From Pseudovirgaria hyperparasitica (Eukaryota): a stretch of DNA of 64,000 nucleotides. This document shows, one piece after another, positions 26,486 to 37,956 of the stretch. The first letter of the stretch is position 1. Each line of letters opens with the position of its first letter. Location of the stretch: the NCBI GenBank assembly GCA_010093815.1, contig ML996576.1; one strand, written 5' to 3'. The notes under the pieces are model-generated. The model did no database searches, was not told where the DNA came from, and saw nothing but the letters and a program-made list of their open reading frames with translations. The translations under genes were made by a program, and so were the position numbers.

Positions 26486-27392
26486 TTACGACTTAGATGT
26501 GAATTGGAGCGGTCTAGGCTTGCCCCAGAAATCACAGGGATTGAAGCGCCAGACACTGTTGCCAGCTGCAAACCAGTAGTGTACAATGTATGGCATGATG
26601 AAGGGCACTGGCGGAAATGGTGTTCCTCCTTCATAGGTCTTGTCTGCGGTGCCGAGAACCATCGGAAAGGTCGTGTACTGTTTCATGGAGGATTAGCATA
26701 TGTTTACTGTCAGAACTAGCTTCGGTACTTACTAGCATGTCGACGAAACCTTCAGATTGGGAGAACTTCTCGCCTATTTCCCAGCACTTCTTCAGTCCGG
26801 CACTTTCCAAGGTCTTCAGACTCAGGAAAATGTCGATTTCTGCGTACAAATGAGTGATGAGCGCATCACTGAAGTCGTTGATCAGCTCCTCCATCCCGCC
26901 TTGACCTGACCAGCGGTAATTCTCCGGTGATGACTCTTTGCAGTATTTCAACAGCTTCTCCAGGCCTGGTGTGAAGGTTTCATGCTGATGTTTCGGACTG
27001 TCCATGAGCCCTGGCTTGCCGGCAAACTTTTCAATTTCTGGAAAGATGCAAACCTCCTCAACGTGATGATGCTTCTCCATGCCCTCAATCCAGATCTGGA
27101 CGTATTTCATCAGGTCTTTTACATCCTGCTCATTGTAATTGGGGTCGGAAATGGTGGGTATGTGAGGAGCTTGCTGGATGATAGCATTGAGACCGCGTAT
27201 CATGAAGTTGTGGACTTGGGCCATCTGCGTGGCGCAATAGACAGCGGAGTGTTCCTTCTTGAAGAATTGTCAGTGGTAGCTTCAGGGGCCAATGAGAGCA
27301 CATACATTGGTAATGTCAGCACGTCCATCAGGAAGCGTGATGAGCTTGAAGGGTTCGTCCGCCCAGGGAGCAGCAGAGGGTTTGGTTGTCAT
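26486..27392 (-). CDS. Hemerythrin-like (HHE cation-binding) protein, 3 exons
   Basis: Spliced MTTKPSAAPWADEPFKLI...AQVHNFMIRGLNAI...EKHHHVEEVCIFP...QHETF...HLYAEI...WRFNPCDFWGKPRPLQF*. The H, HxxxE, H, HxxxE ligand pattern matches hemerythrin-like folds. Confidence 0.82.
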
Positions 27393-29050
27393 GATGGTCT
27401 TGGTGGTTGTAGATTCGTGGTTAGGTATTAAAAGTTTCAGGCTTGGAGGAAGAATTTGCATAGGTAGTAGAAGGAGATTAAGGAGCTGAGCTCTTGGCAG
27501 GTGGCACAATCATTTGCGATGGGCTTCGGGATGCTCGAGCTCCAAGAGTCAAGAGTCCTGCATGGCCAGCTTAGGTATGAGTAGAGAATCGGGGCATCGG
27601 CCGTCCGACGAATGGACGGAAGGAATTAATCAGCCGCATCGAAGGGAGACGTTGCTGATCACGACGGCAATGGCAACGTCAGACATCAGCCAGGTAAGGT
27701 ATTCAGACGGCGCGCGGGAACTGGTGGCCGTATCTGCGACGCGGTGTGTCGTGATAGTCCCTAACGTCTGTACTATGTAAGCGGACGATGGATCATGACC
27801 AATTGATTCTGGTTCGTCAAGGTGAGTTCCCTGGGATGACAAGTCAGAGACCCTTAGGACTACTAACCTTGATAGCCACGCACCACCCACAGGCACAAGT
27901 ACAGGCACAGGCAGAGTGTAAAGTGCTCTACTGACTTGGTGAACAAGCAGGGTGAAGTTCAGCAGGGCGGGGAGAAGTCAGCAGTTAGAGTGGGAGTGGG
28001 GTAATACGGTGCGTGCAGAATCTATGGATCTGATCCTTTTCATCCTTAGAACCCCCCCTTAAGCGCCAGCTGGTGCCACTTTTCCGGCGTCTTCAGCCCC
28101 GAGTTCGCGCTATTCTGTGCATGTTCTACCGCAAAAAGACACTAAATTCCGCCACCCGGTCTCCGCTGCACCCTTCTTCGGACACCCCTCCCCTCCTACT
28201 CCAATTCTCCTCTATTCTCCAGTTCTAGTCTTCTTTCATCCTTTTTCATTCATTCAAGCTTAGACCACCTCAATCAACACACACACGTTTTGCCATCTCG
28301 TCTTCCTCAATCCTCTTCACTTTGCATCCAAATTCGAACTGCAATATCATTCTATTAGGTCCCTTGTATCGCTCGTCTAGACTTGAAGCAAAACCGGCAT
28401 CCAGCGCATGATTCTGGATCCATGCTGTCAGCTCATCGGCAAGCTTATATCATCTCTGATAACCCCTACACCAGCCAAGGATGTTGATGTCTTGCTCCTA
28501 TGCCGCCATCACTATTCGCGTTACTATCCCGAAAAGACTTACGACTCCCACCACTCAGCACTTGCTACACAGCTACACAGAGAAGAGCTCGTGCATGCAC
28601 TGTCGCTTCCACCCACTTGACATGTATGCCATCTTTGCCATCTTCGCCATCTATGCAATCTGCTGGCTTGCACCCTCGCCTTGTCCGGACAGGCCGTGAT
28701 ACTTTGCCAGCTGCAAGCTACTTCATCCAGCGTAGCAGAAGTAGTGAGATCGCTTGCTGTTCTGCCATGGATCCATGTGCAGTGAGCCCATTTTACGTCC
28801 ATTCTCCTTTCTCTGCACTTCATCCTCCACCCTCTCACTCACTCTCCATCCACCTCGGCCAAGGGCAAGGGTCGGAGTGATTAAGGTAGTAATAGAGACA
28901 GACCCCTGTCAAAATCCTCATCCTCATCAGTACTTCTCCCGTGAGACCGCCAGCTATTGTCCATCATCTGTTCATCTCCCCTCTTGGTTGTCTGTGTGCG
29001 TTGTATATTGTCTGGCATCGCTGCCAATCGCTTCAACCAAATCAGCAATA

Positions 29051-30363
29051 ATGGTCGCTACTCTCACTCCCGACCAGTTGGCTACGATGAACGATAACAG
29101 GAACACTCTCATCGTCGCCGTTTCCGTCGTGCTCATAGTTCTCACCACCATCGCAATTGTTCTGAGGTTCATCGCGCGCCGCAGCCGATCTCTTCACATC
29201 GGTGTCGATGACTGGTTTGCGCTTGTAGCTTGGGTGCGTGAATTCTTGCAATTTCCTATATGAATGCAGAAGCAGCCAAGTTAACAGATTCAGGTTATTG
29301 CGATACCCATGTGCTCGCTGAACATCACAAGTGAGTCATGCTGGTTGCTACCGCACCATATAATATCATATGCGTGCACGCCATTGATGCGATAGACTGA
29401 CCTTGGTCTACAGTGATAAAATGGGGTTTGGGGCGCCACGTTTGGGGTGCTGATGTGCAAGTCCTTTGGAAGGTCGTTCAGGTCAGTCCCGAACACGAGC
29501 CTGTATCATCACATGAGATCTCACATTGACACAACTGACAGACCACTTGGGCGTTCACACTGCTCTACGCATGGGTTCATTTCTTCATCAAATTCTCCAT
29601 CCTCTTCTTCTACCACCGCGTCTTCAGCTTCAGAATTGCCTGGTTCAAATTGGCCTGCTACGCCTGTGGAGTGTACGCAGTCTCATGGACACTGGCTGCA
29701 TTCTTTGCTGCCGGCTTCCAGTGGTATGTGGCAATCTTCGTCATCTCAGATCAATCTCTGACTTGAAGACAGCTCACCAGTATCATTCTTGTGGACATCT
29801 GTACAACTCAATCCTCCAGCGAATGGAAAGTGCCACCTTCAGAATGGGCGAGCTGCTCTTGCCTTTGCTGCTCTGAACTCTCTGCTCGACATCCTCATCT
29901 TCATTCTGCCAATGGCTATGCTCTGGAACCTGCACATGAAAAGAGCACGAAAATTGTCCTTGATTGCCGTCTTTGCCACCGGCGCCTTGTAAGCTGCTCT
30001 CACACGCGTTGACGGACCTCCTACTAACATTTGCATAGCGCAATCACGGCTGGTCTCCTCCGATTGTCTAATAGCTACCTCAGTATCGATCCCAATGCTG
30101 ACGTGACATGGGTACTAGCCGACATCAACCTCTGGACAATCGCTGAAGCCTGCGTGGGAATCATTTGTGCATCTATGCCAGTCATAGGTCCACTTTTCGG
30201 ACTCGTAAAGGACAATGTTCGATCCTACCTCTCCAAACAGAGTCTGGAGAGTGGGACTCATGGGATCCCACTCTCTGGCAGGTCGGGTGAGTCTGGATCA
30301 ACAACACGGCTGGCTTCCTCACGAGGGTCGCACAACGATAGCATATATGCATTGAAGCCGTAG
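29051..30363 (+). CDS. PTH11-like (fungal rhodopsin-domain) 7-TM integral membrane protein, without CFEM domain (6 exons)
   Basis: LRFIARR...GVDDW, GLGRHVW, IKFSILFFYHRVF, QCSP, LDILIFILPM, LWNLHM and WTIAEACVGIICASMP are characteristic family motifs. Confidence 0.88.
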
Positions 30364-31221
30364 TAGTAGCATTTTTCACGATTGTATATGACTGCAGATA
30401 TCATGACGACGGTTATTGTACATGATTCGGAACCAATTAGGTATATGGAGGTCTGTTGTACTGGGGCTGTCTTTCTAGGAGCGTGCATTTGGAGATACCA
30501 TTTAAGAGTTTTGGCCATTCGATAAGATTTTACTTTGATCCTGCTGCCTATACCATGACATATTTTCGTGAAAGATGATAGGGGCTGATTGAATTCGAAT
30601 GGCATCATCGCACGGCGAAGATCCCTTCGTCTGAATGGATGGTATTTATCCACGTCTGAGATTGACCCTGACTCGTATCCAATCGAGGGCTGAGACTGAA
30701 CCAGGTAGGTGTTCATCGAGCATCTCAGTCAGCATCTAAGAACAGCAATCTACCAATTCCATGAGCATGTCCCACAGTCGTCACCGCCATGATGACGATG
30801 TTGAGTCAGATCGATATTGGGGTGGGCAAGGTAGATACAGAACACAGCAATGCTGAATCCGACCCAGTCCGGAGTGTTTGATCCCATCCATATCGACCAA
30901 GCCGATCATAGGCTCTCGTTCTATGCTAGTGCTCAGCCATCTCAGCCTCAGGTCTCGTCACATGCAGCCTCTGTACGCTGCAGCCTATCCGATGTGAGGA
31001 TGGGAATCCGGATCCACGTCCGCTTCCATTGCCTAGTCATCACCTTCTAGCCACGCATCGCCGCGAACTGTATTCCTTACATCCTGCCTGCATCAGGCCC
31101 ATCATTCACTATTTCTTGTTTCCACTATTCACACAAACTCAAGGCTCACGATGTACAACAACGGCTTGTTGAGGAAGGCATATTTTCGAACACGGCATTT
31201 CGTTGCCACTTGCAAACCACC

Positions 31222-32599
31222 ATGAACACTGATCCCGCAGTCGATGAGTTCATCGCCAGAATTGAAAATTTCCCAAAGCCTCAAAATCCTGGTCAACGGA
31301 GACGTCTGTGGGAGGCAGCAAGAGCTTTACAGACAAGAATTGAAGACGAAAATACCACTCAACACCGGATCCTAGGTTCAGTGAGTGCTACCGTTCGTAT
31401 TGATTTGGAAGTAAATGGCTTAACAGTACGACATGCAGCCTCTCCTCCTGATTGTGTCTCGGCTTGCTTCTGATCTCGGGATATTCAACGCCCTCATCGA
31501 TAATGTCACCCCCTCCTCTGTTCCAGATCTTGCTGTGAGGTGCAAGGTAGATGAGCGACTGCTAGGTAGGCTTTTTCTCTCTGTCCGGACTCAACTCTAC
31601 CTAAAATACAATGCGTGGAAATACCTCTCCATCAACAACAATACTACGTCTCGAAGCGTAACCAGGCAGATCTAACGTCACACAGCTCGTATCCTGCGAT
31701 ACCTCTCGTCACAGCACCTAGTAACCGAGTCCTCCCCCTCACACTTCACTACCTCCGTCCTCACCAGAACCCTCGCCAAACCAGCCTACGCAGCCGGTCT
31801 TCGGTTCGCCCATGAATGCATTCTCCCTGCAACATCCGCCGCCCCAGCATTCTTCGAGTCCACACACTATGCCCATCCAACCTCACCCACCAACACCCCC
31901 TTTCAGCTGGGCCAGGGCGTGTCCGACCACATGTTCACCTGGCTGAAGCAGCGCCCAGCCCTAGAAGCAGACTTCAACGCCATGATGGCCGAAACCCACC
32001 GCTGGCAACGCAGCGTCTGGGAACAACTCCCCCTCCCCGCCGTGCTCGCCGACCGGGCCGCCGCCTTTCCAGACCGCACCACCGTCGAAACCACGCCCTC
32101 CCGCCCCCTCTTCGTCGACATCGGCGGCGGCACAGGCCGCACCTGCAAGGAACTCAAAGAAGCCTTCCCCCACCTCCCCGGCCGCATCATCAACCAAGAC
32201 CGCGCCCCGGCCCTCGCCGCCGGCCTCACCGTCGACGGCCTAGAACACATGGAACACGACTTCTTCACCCCGCAACCCATCACCGGCGCCCGCGTCTACT
32301 ACCTCCGCCGCGTCCTGCACAACTGGCCTCGCGCCAAATGCGTCGAGATCCTCACGCACTGCGTCGCGGCTATGGCGGCCGACTCGCTGCTCATGATTGA
32401 CGAGATTGTGCTGCCGGAGCGGGGCGCGCATTGGCATTTGGCGTATGCGGATTTCACGATGATGGCGCTGTTTGGGGGTGGGTGTCGCTCGCGTGCGGAG
32501 TTTGAGGGGATTTGTAAGGAGGTGGGTCTCAGGGTTGTGCGGGAGTTTGTGTATATGGTGGAGTCGGGGGAGACGGCGTTGGTGGCGGAGAAGGTGTGA
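31222..32599 (+). CDS. SAM-dependent O-methyltransferase (methyltransf_2 type), 3 exons
   Basis: Winged-helix dimerisation N-terminus, FVDIGGGTG SAM motif, IINQD, EHDFFTPQPI and YYLRRVLHNWP with the catalytic His. The spliced frame is continuous. Confidence 0.92.
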
Positions 32600-33534
32600 G
32601 TCTGGCTACGGCTTGAGGTGTGTACTGGTCTTGAGGAGTAATCAACTGCCGGCTACGTAGAGCATACAGACATACATACACATACTGAAGACTCTTCCCG
32701 CCCCTATACCAGCCATATACGTGAACATCCCCCAGCATGTATCCCGAAATCGAGTATACCAATGCTTTACACAAAGCTCCTCGAAAATAGTCCTCAACAA
32801 CCCAGAAGTCCCTCCTTAATCTGCGTATCAAGATCTCCCCTATAATCTCTCTCTCTCTTTCTACATCACCCCAGCGCCAACCCCTTCCCCCGTCCCGTGC
32901 CTCACTCCCTCCCTCCCGGACCCGTCTTACCTCGTTCGCTTGCCCCCTTACCAGACACAACACACAACAGAAACCAAACCCAATCAAACCAAACTAAATC
33001 GAAATAAACCAAAACAACTAAAAACTCAGAGAACCACTAAAACCCTTAAAAAAAACTCCATAAAAAACTCCTTCGCTCCATTTCGTCACAGCTCCACGAA
33101 CCCTGAGCATAGTACGATACGGCACAGCACGACATAGCACATCCTACCACATCCCACCCAATCACAGCACACCCAATCCTACAAAAACTATATATCCTGC
33201 AACACCGAATCACAATAACAACAATATTCCGCCTCCCAACGGAGAGATTTCTATCTCTACCGATTTACAGGGGTATGGGTTGGGGTGTATGAGGTATAAG
33301 GGGCTCAGGGGTGTGTACGAGGGGATATAAAGGGAGGCAGGGAGGCGTCTGAGATTTCTATTCCTATCTGCACGTATAGCTAGCTCTATCTGTATGTCTA
33401 TATCGGTTTATATCGGTTATCGGTTATCGACTTGCATGCAGTGATAAGGGGTTTGAAGAGTTGGAGGGTAAGAGGGATAATCAGAGGCAAGGGGGATGTG
33501 ATCAAGGGTTCGGATCTGGTGCAGTCTGGTTGGG

Positions 33535-33650
33535 TATGGATCTGGATCATGTACAGGTTCTGGGTCTTGTACAGGTCCAGATCATGTACAGGCTCTGGGT
33601 CTTTGTACAGGTCTGGGTTTTGGTTCTGGTCATGTACGGATCTTGCGTAC
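33535..33650. repeat. Degenerate tandem duplication (about 35 bp, GATCATGTACAGG..TGGGTCTT..GTACAGGTC) within a GT-rich low-complexity tract
   Basis: Two near-identical units at about 33545-33615 plus partial copies. Confidence 0.75.
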
Positions 33651-34205
33651 GTCTTGCACGGGTTTGGGGTTTGTTGGGTTTGACAGGGGAGGCCTTGGAT
33701 TTCGCCGCTGGTAAGGAGGTAAAGTAGGGGAATCAAGTAGGCTGTGAGTTGGGCAAAGAAGTGGCATGCATGAACGTGCTGGCTGGGAAACGAAGCATTG
33801 GTGTTTGTTTGTTCGTATATGTGTGTATGTGTGTGTGTGTGTGTCTTGCATGGATTGCTTGCCTAGAGGGGCAGGCAGGCAGGCAGGCGGGCAGGGAGTG
33901 TGTGATTGATCTAGATCGGCGATCGATGGCCGTAGCCGAGCCTTGGAGCCAGGTATGGGGTGGGATAGGGGGTGCTGCTTACGTCGCCGTGGCCGTGGGA
34001 TTGCAAGGACATGGACCAGGGTTTGGGTATATGTTTTCGATTGGAATGAACCCCTCGTAGTGTGGCTTGTTCTATCCATTAGGCTAAAAGTCTGCACTGC
34101 TATCCATTGTCGGGGGACGCCGACAAGCGAGGACCACTTCGCCGGACATACATCCTCCGTATGTAGGTTCGTGGTACCACACACTCTGCAACCCAGTTCG
34201 TATAT

Positions 34206-35917
34206 TCACTGTTTGATGTTCAGGTCCTTCAGCTTGTCGACGGCCTCAGCTGGTTTTGCGACCTTCTGCTTCGGAGCACCTGCTTCGCCTTTCGCTTTTG
34301 CCGACGTCGTTGCTGCTGGCAGATCCTTGACGTAGGGCAGGAACTCGGGCTGACCGGGGATGTATTTGCGAAGCACTTCTGGGACAACGAGACCCTGGTT
34401 GCAAAAGTCAGCCACACACAGGAACGGCCTGGGCACACCACTTACATCCTCTGTCTGATAGTTCTCCAACACGCAACATAGTGCTCGCTCTGTGGCGCAG
34501 AGGGTCGAGTTGAGCGCGTGTACGTATTCCTTCTTCGTGCTGACCTCCTTCTGCTTCTTTGTCCCGAAGCGCACTTCAAGTTCGCGTGTCTGGTAGTCTG
34601 TACAGTTTGAGCATGATACCAGCTCCTTGTATTCACCCTGGAAAGGAAACCATGCTTCTAGATCGTACTTCTTCGCTGCAGCGTTGTTGAGCGCACCGGA
34701 AACGATGGCCACTACTTGGTAGGGTATCTTGAGAGATTGATAGAACTCCTTCGACACAGAAATCATGCGATCGAACTCGTCCCAAGAATCGTCAGGTTTG
34801 CAGAAAACGAATTGCTCAATCTGATTCTGGTCAGTACATCGCCTGTACTCCAGATTAGTATGTCAACAGGTGCTTACCTTTTCAAACTGGTGGACCCTGA
34901 AGATACCCCAAGCGTCTCTCCCGTGTGATCCAGCTTCCTTGCGGAAACATGTGCTGTAGCCTGCATACCGGATGGGTAACTCTTTCTCTACGATCCACTC
35001 GCCCTCATGCAGCGCTGAGAGAGGTTGTTCTGATGTCGCGATCAAGTACTTGTCCGTTGCCGGATCGTCGCCCTCAGTGACCTTATATAACTCTTCATCA
35101 AATTGCTCCAACTGCGCCGTTTTCGCCATAGCCTCTCGCAGCATGAAGAATGGTGGTTGGTTCGGCTTGTATCCCTTGTTGAACAGAAACTCGAGCCCGT
35201 AGTTGATAAGCGCCAGGTTCAAGAACAATCCGTACCCAGTGAGACAATACCCTCGGTGGCCTACGATCTTCACTCCACGTTCCGGATCATAGCCGTCCAA
35301 CCGAGTCAGCACTTCGTGGTGGGAGAGGCAGTCCTTCTTTTCAACTTTAGTACCTTCAGGGGCCCATTCGTCGACTTTCTCATTGTTATCCTTTGCACAT
35401 CAGCCATCGGCATTCGCGATCTTGAACAAGACGGTCCTCACCTCATTGTTGCTAACGGGGACTGATGCATGCACATAATTGCCTATGCTCTTTGCCTTCT
35501 TATTCAGCGCAATAAGCTTTTCTGCTGCAACGTCCTCTTGTGCCTTCTTCGCCTTCGTGAGCTCTTCCTTCTTTTTCAGGAGATCATCGGCATTCTCCTT
35601 GTTCTATATAACACCAGTGTAAGTTCGTGTCCTATGTGGTGCGCTGATTGAATGCATGCCTTCTTCTTCTGCCCGATTTCTTTCTGGGTCGCATTTATTT
35701 GAGTGCCGATTTGGGTTGCCTCATACTGCGCTGAAAGGCTGGAGTATTATTATACATGAAAAACTGAGCGATGGAGCTACTCACTCTTCCTGTGGTCCTC
35801 AAACATAGCAATCACCTCGTCCACAGCTTCCACGGGCGCATGGCGGCGCTTCTGGCTGTCTCGAATCAACTCTGGATTGCCCCCGCGTTCGACGATGAAG
35901 TCGTTGACGTCAATCAT
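34206..35917 (-). CDS. SES1: Cytosolic seryl-tRNA synthetase (6 exons, one GC-AG intron)
   Basis: MIDVNDFIVERGGNPE, YLIATSEQP, motif 2 FRKEAGSHGRDAWGIFRVHQFEK, ELVSCSNCTDYQ and motif 3 LNSTLCATER. Confidence 0.97.
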
Positions 35918-36091
35918 CCTGGCGGTGCGATAGAATCAAGGGAGTATAATGTAGTTTTACGCGTTATGACGCGCTTCGTTATTGTGCTTGCCTTGGACGG
36001 TTACAATGTCGTGGGTGGTATTTGATGGTGGGGAAAATTGTCGGCGGGGGGATGGATGCGTGTCGTTAGTGGGGTCATCAACCTGTAGCTT

Positions 36092-36098
36092 TGAGTCA
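36092..36098. promoter_or_regulatory. Perfect Gcn4/CpcA site TGAGTCA about 175 bp upstream of the SES1 ATG
   Basis: Sequence ttTGAGTCAtg. Aminoacyl-tRNA synthetase genes are known cross-pathway control targets in fungi. Confidence 0.6.
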
Positions 36099-36380
36099 TG
36101 AACGCCTGCAGACGATTTACAACTCATCCTAAGCAGCAATACCTTATAGAGTCTTCAACTGAAGATTGAGGCCCTAGCAGTAGTAACTTGCAGAAGAATC
36201 TGAAACTAACCGCATATGTAGATTTGCACACGACCTGTTGAAGTAAGATCTGGCATGCCTTGCCAAATATACATGGCATTATTTCAAATACAAACTTGTC
36301 TGAGACGATATCAGATAAAGCCAAAAGTACGCCACTACTCCTTCGATGGTTGATGCCCGGTAACGTCTATGCTCTTATTC

Positions 36381-37169
36381 TCACATCATATTGCACCCAT
36401 TCTTCCCCGTTGGCTCACTTGGGTTCTGAGACTTCTCTACCTCTGCAATTAGTAGCTCGAATGCCTTTGAGACATTCTCATTATAACGAGCACTGGCCTC
36501 GGTCCATGCACACTTGAATTCCTCTGCAAGTGCCTTGCCATCGTCCGGCTGTACTTGTCTTTGTTCTGGTCGCAGATCGCTCTTGTTACCGACGATAATC
36601 AGAGGAACCCATTCGGTACCCTACGCACCCAGACGCGTCAGTGATGCGTCGAATCATAGTATTCTCAGCTACACTCACCAGGTGGTTTAGTATTTTGTCT
36701 CGTATTATCCGAGCCATCTCGAAAGACTGCTTGCTCGCGACGGAGTAGACTATCATGTACCCGTGGATGCCAATGAAGTGTTTCGAGTTGAGTATGCTGT
36801 ATTCATCCTAATTTGAAGAGTCGAGGTCGTCAGCAGCCTCCCGATTTTCAGCTCAGCACGAGGCAACGAATGGACAAGGCGAGCTGAATCGAGCGCCTAC
36901 CTGTCCCGCGGTGTCTATGATCTCTGTGGCGAACTCTTGCGATTTCAGCTTGATGGATTTACTGAAAGTGTTCTCGATTGTTGGGTAGTAGCTTTCAACG
37001 AAGTGCCCATCGACGAATTGCACGGTCAGTGAGGATTTCCCTTAAGACATATGATGGTTAGCATGAGATTACAAGCTGGCGAAGCCGTGAGAAGACGAGA
37101 GCAGGTAACTGTACCGACGGAGCGACTCCCAACAATGGCGACCTTGCGCTGTTTTGGTGCTGCAGGCAT
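36381..37169 (-). CDS. RHB1: Rheb small GTPase (4 coding exons; absent from the ORF track)
   Basis: Spliced MPAAPKQRKVAIVGSRSVGKSS...YYPTIENTF...DTAGQDEYS...GNKSDL...EASA...CNMM*. Rheb-specific Arg in G1 and a CaaX box. Confidence 0.96.
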
Positions 37170-37956
37170 ACTGAAATAAATATATGGATATGCCGTCAAC
37201 GATGATCAATTGCGAAAGGATAGTATAGAATGCTAAAGTTAAAGAGCATTGATGAGGCGTATTACTGAGCTGAAGGCTAGTGCCGGGGAAAGAGCGTTAG
37301 ACGCCGATGTATTAGTTATGAGCGGAACCTCATTGTTATTATCGCTTCTCTAGTATGAATCTGCGAGCTGCTACGACGATTGACAGTATATTTTTGACGT
37401 GCAGATGACATGGAACATTTTCTTTCGTTGCAATCGGGTCATGATGGGGTAGAAATCGTCTGGTCGCGCTCTTACATATCAGGCAGGGGTTCTGCAGGAC
37501 CCCGCTATCCATTACAGAGCTTTCGCAGCTGGAGAGCTGCTCGCTGCCCTGCGCCCCTCCATAGATGTGTTGGCAAGTTGGTTTCCTGTATCGTGTTGAC
37601 AGTACGAAGTCCCCGCAAGGCTGCAAGTATAATTCACTGCTAGTGCGGCTGTCTGGTGGTTGTGAACTTAAAAGCGAAGGTACTATGCGTGCATTGATGC
37701 GAAGTCCTAATACAAGCCATCATGATCGCAGGTATGAGATGGTATCTAGCAGACGCAAACAAGAAAGCCAATCAATCGATCAAAGCAACATTAAATATAG
37801 TGTAAAGAATCAGAGTGCAATTATCGAACCCGTGCGTTCGCCAACATTAACCTCTAGTCCTCCTTGCAAGTTCGTCATTGTCCTCAGTCTCCATGAGACA
37901 TCTTTCTGCTGTGCGTGAGCATTGCGGCGTCACTACATAATTGGTGTTATCGTGTC

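Noticed and set aside
28408..28880. Short ORFs upstream of the PTH11-like gene as possible uORFs or small genes
   Set aside because: The transcription start is unknown and no conservation or codon signal is visible, so they cannot be supported.
30258..30716. 152-aa minus-strand ORF inside the island
   Set aside because: No recognisable motif, overlaps the 3' end of the PTH11-like gene in antisense, and has random-looking composition.
21500..34200. Transposon or Starship-type mobile element carrying the island
   Set aside because: No transposase, tyrosine recombinase, LTR, terminal inverted repeat or RIP-like AT-rich relic is visible in the window.
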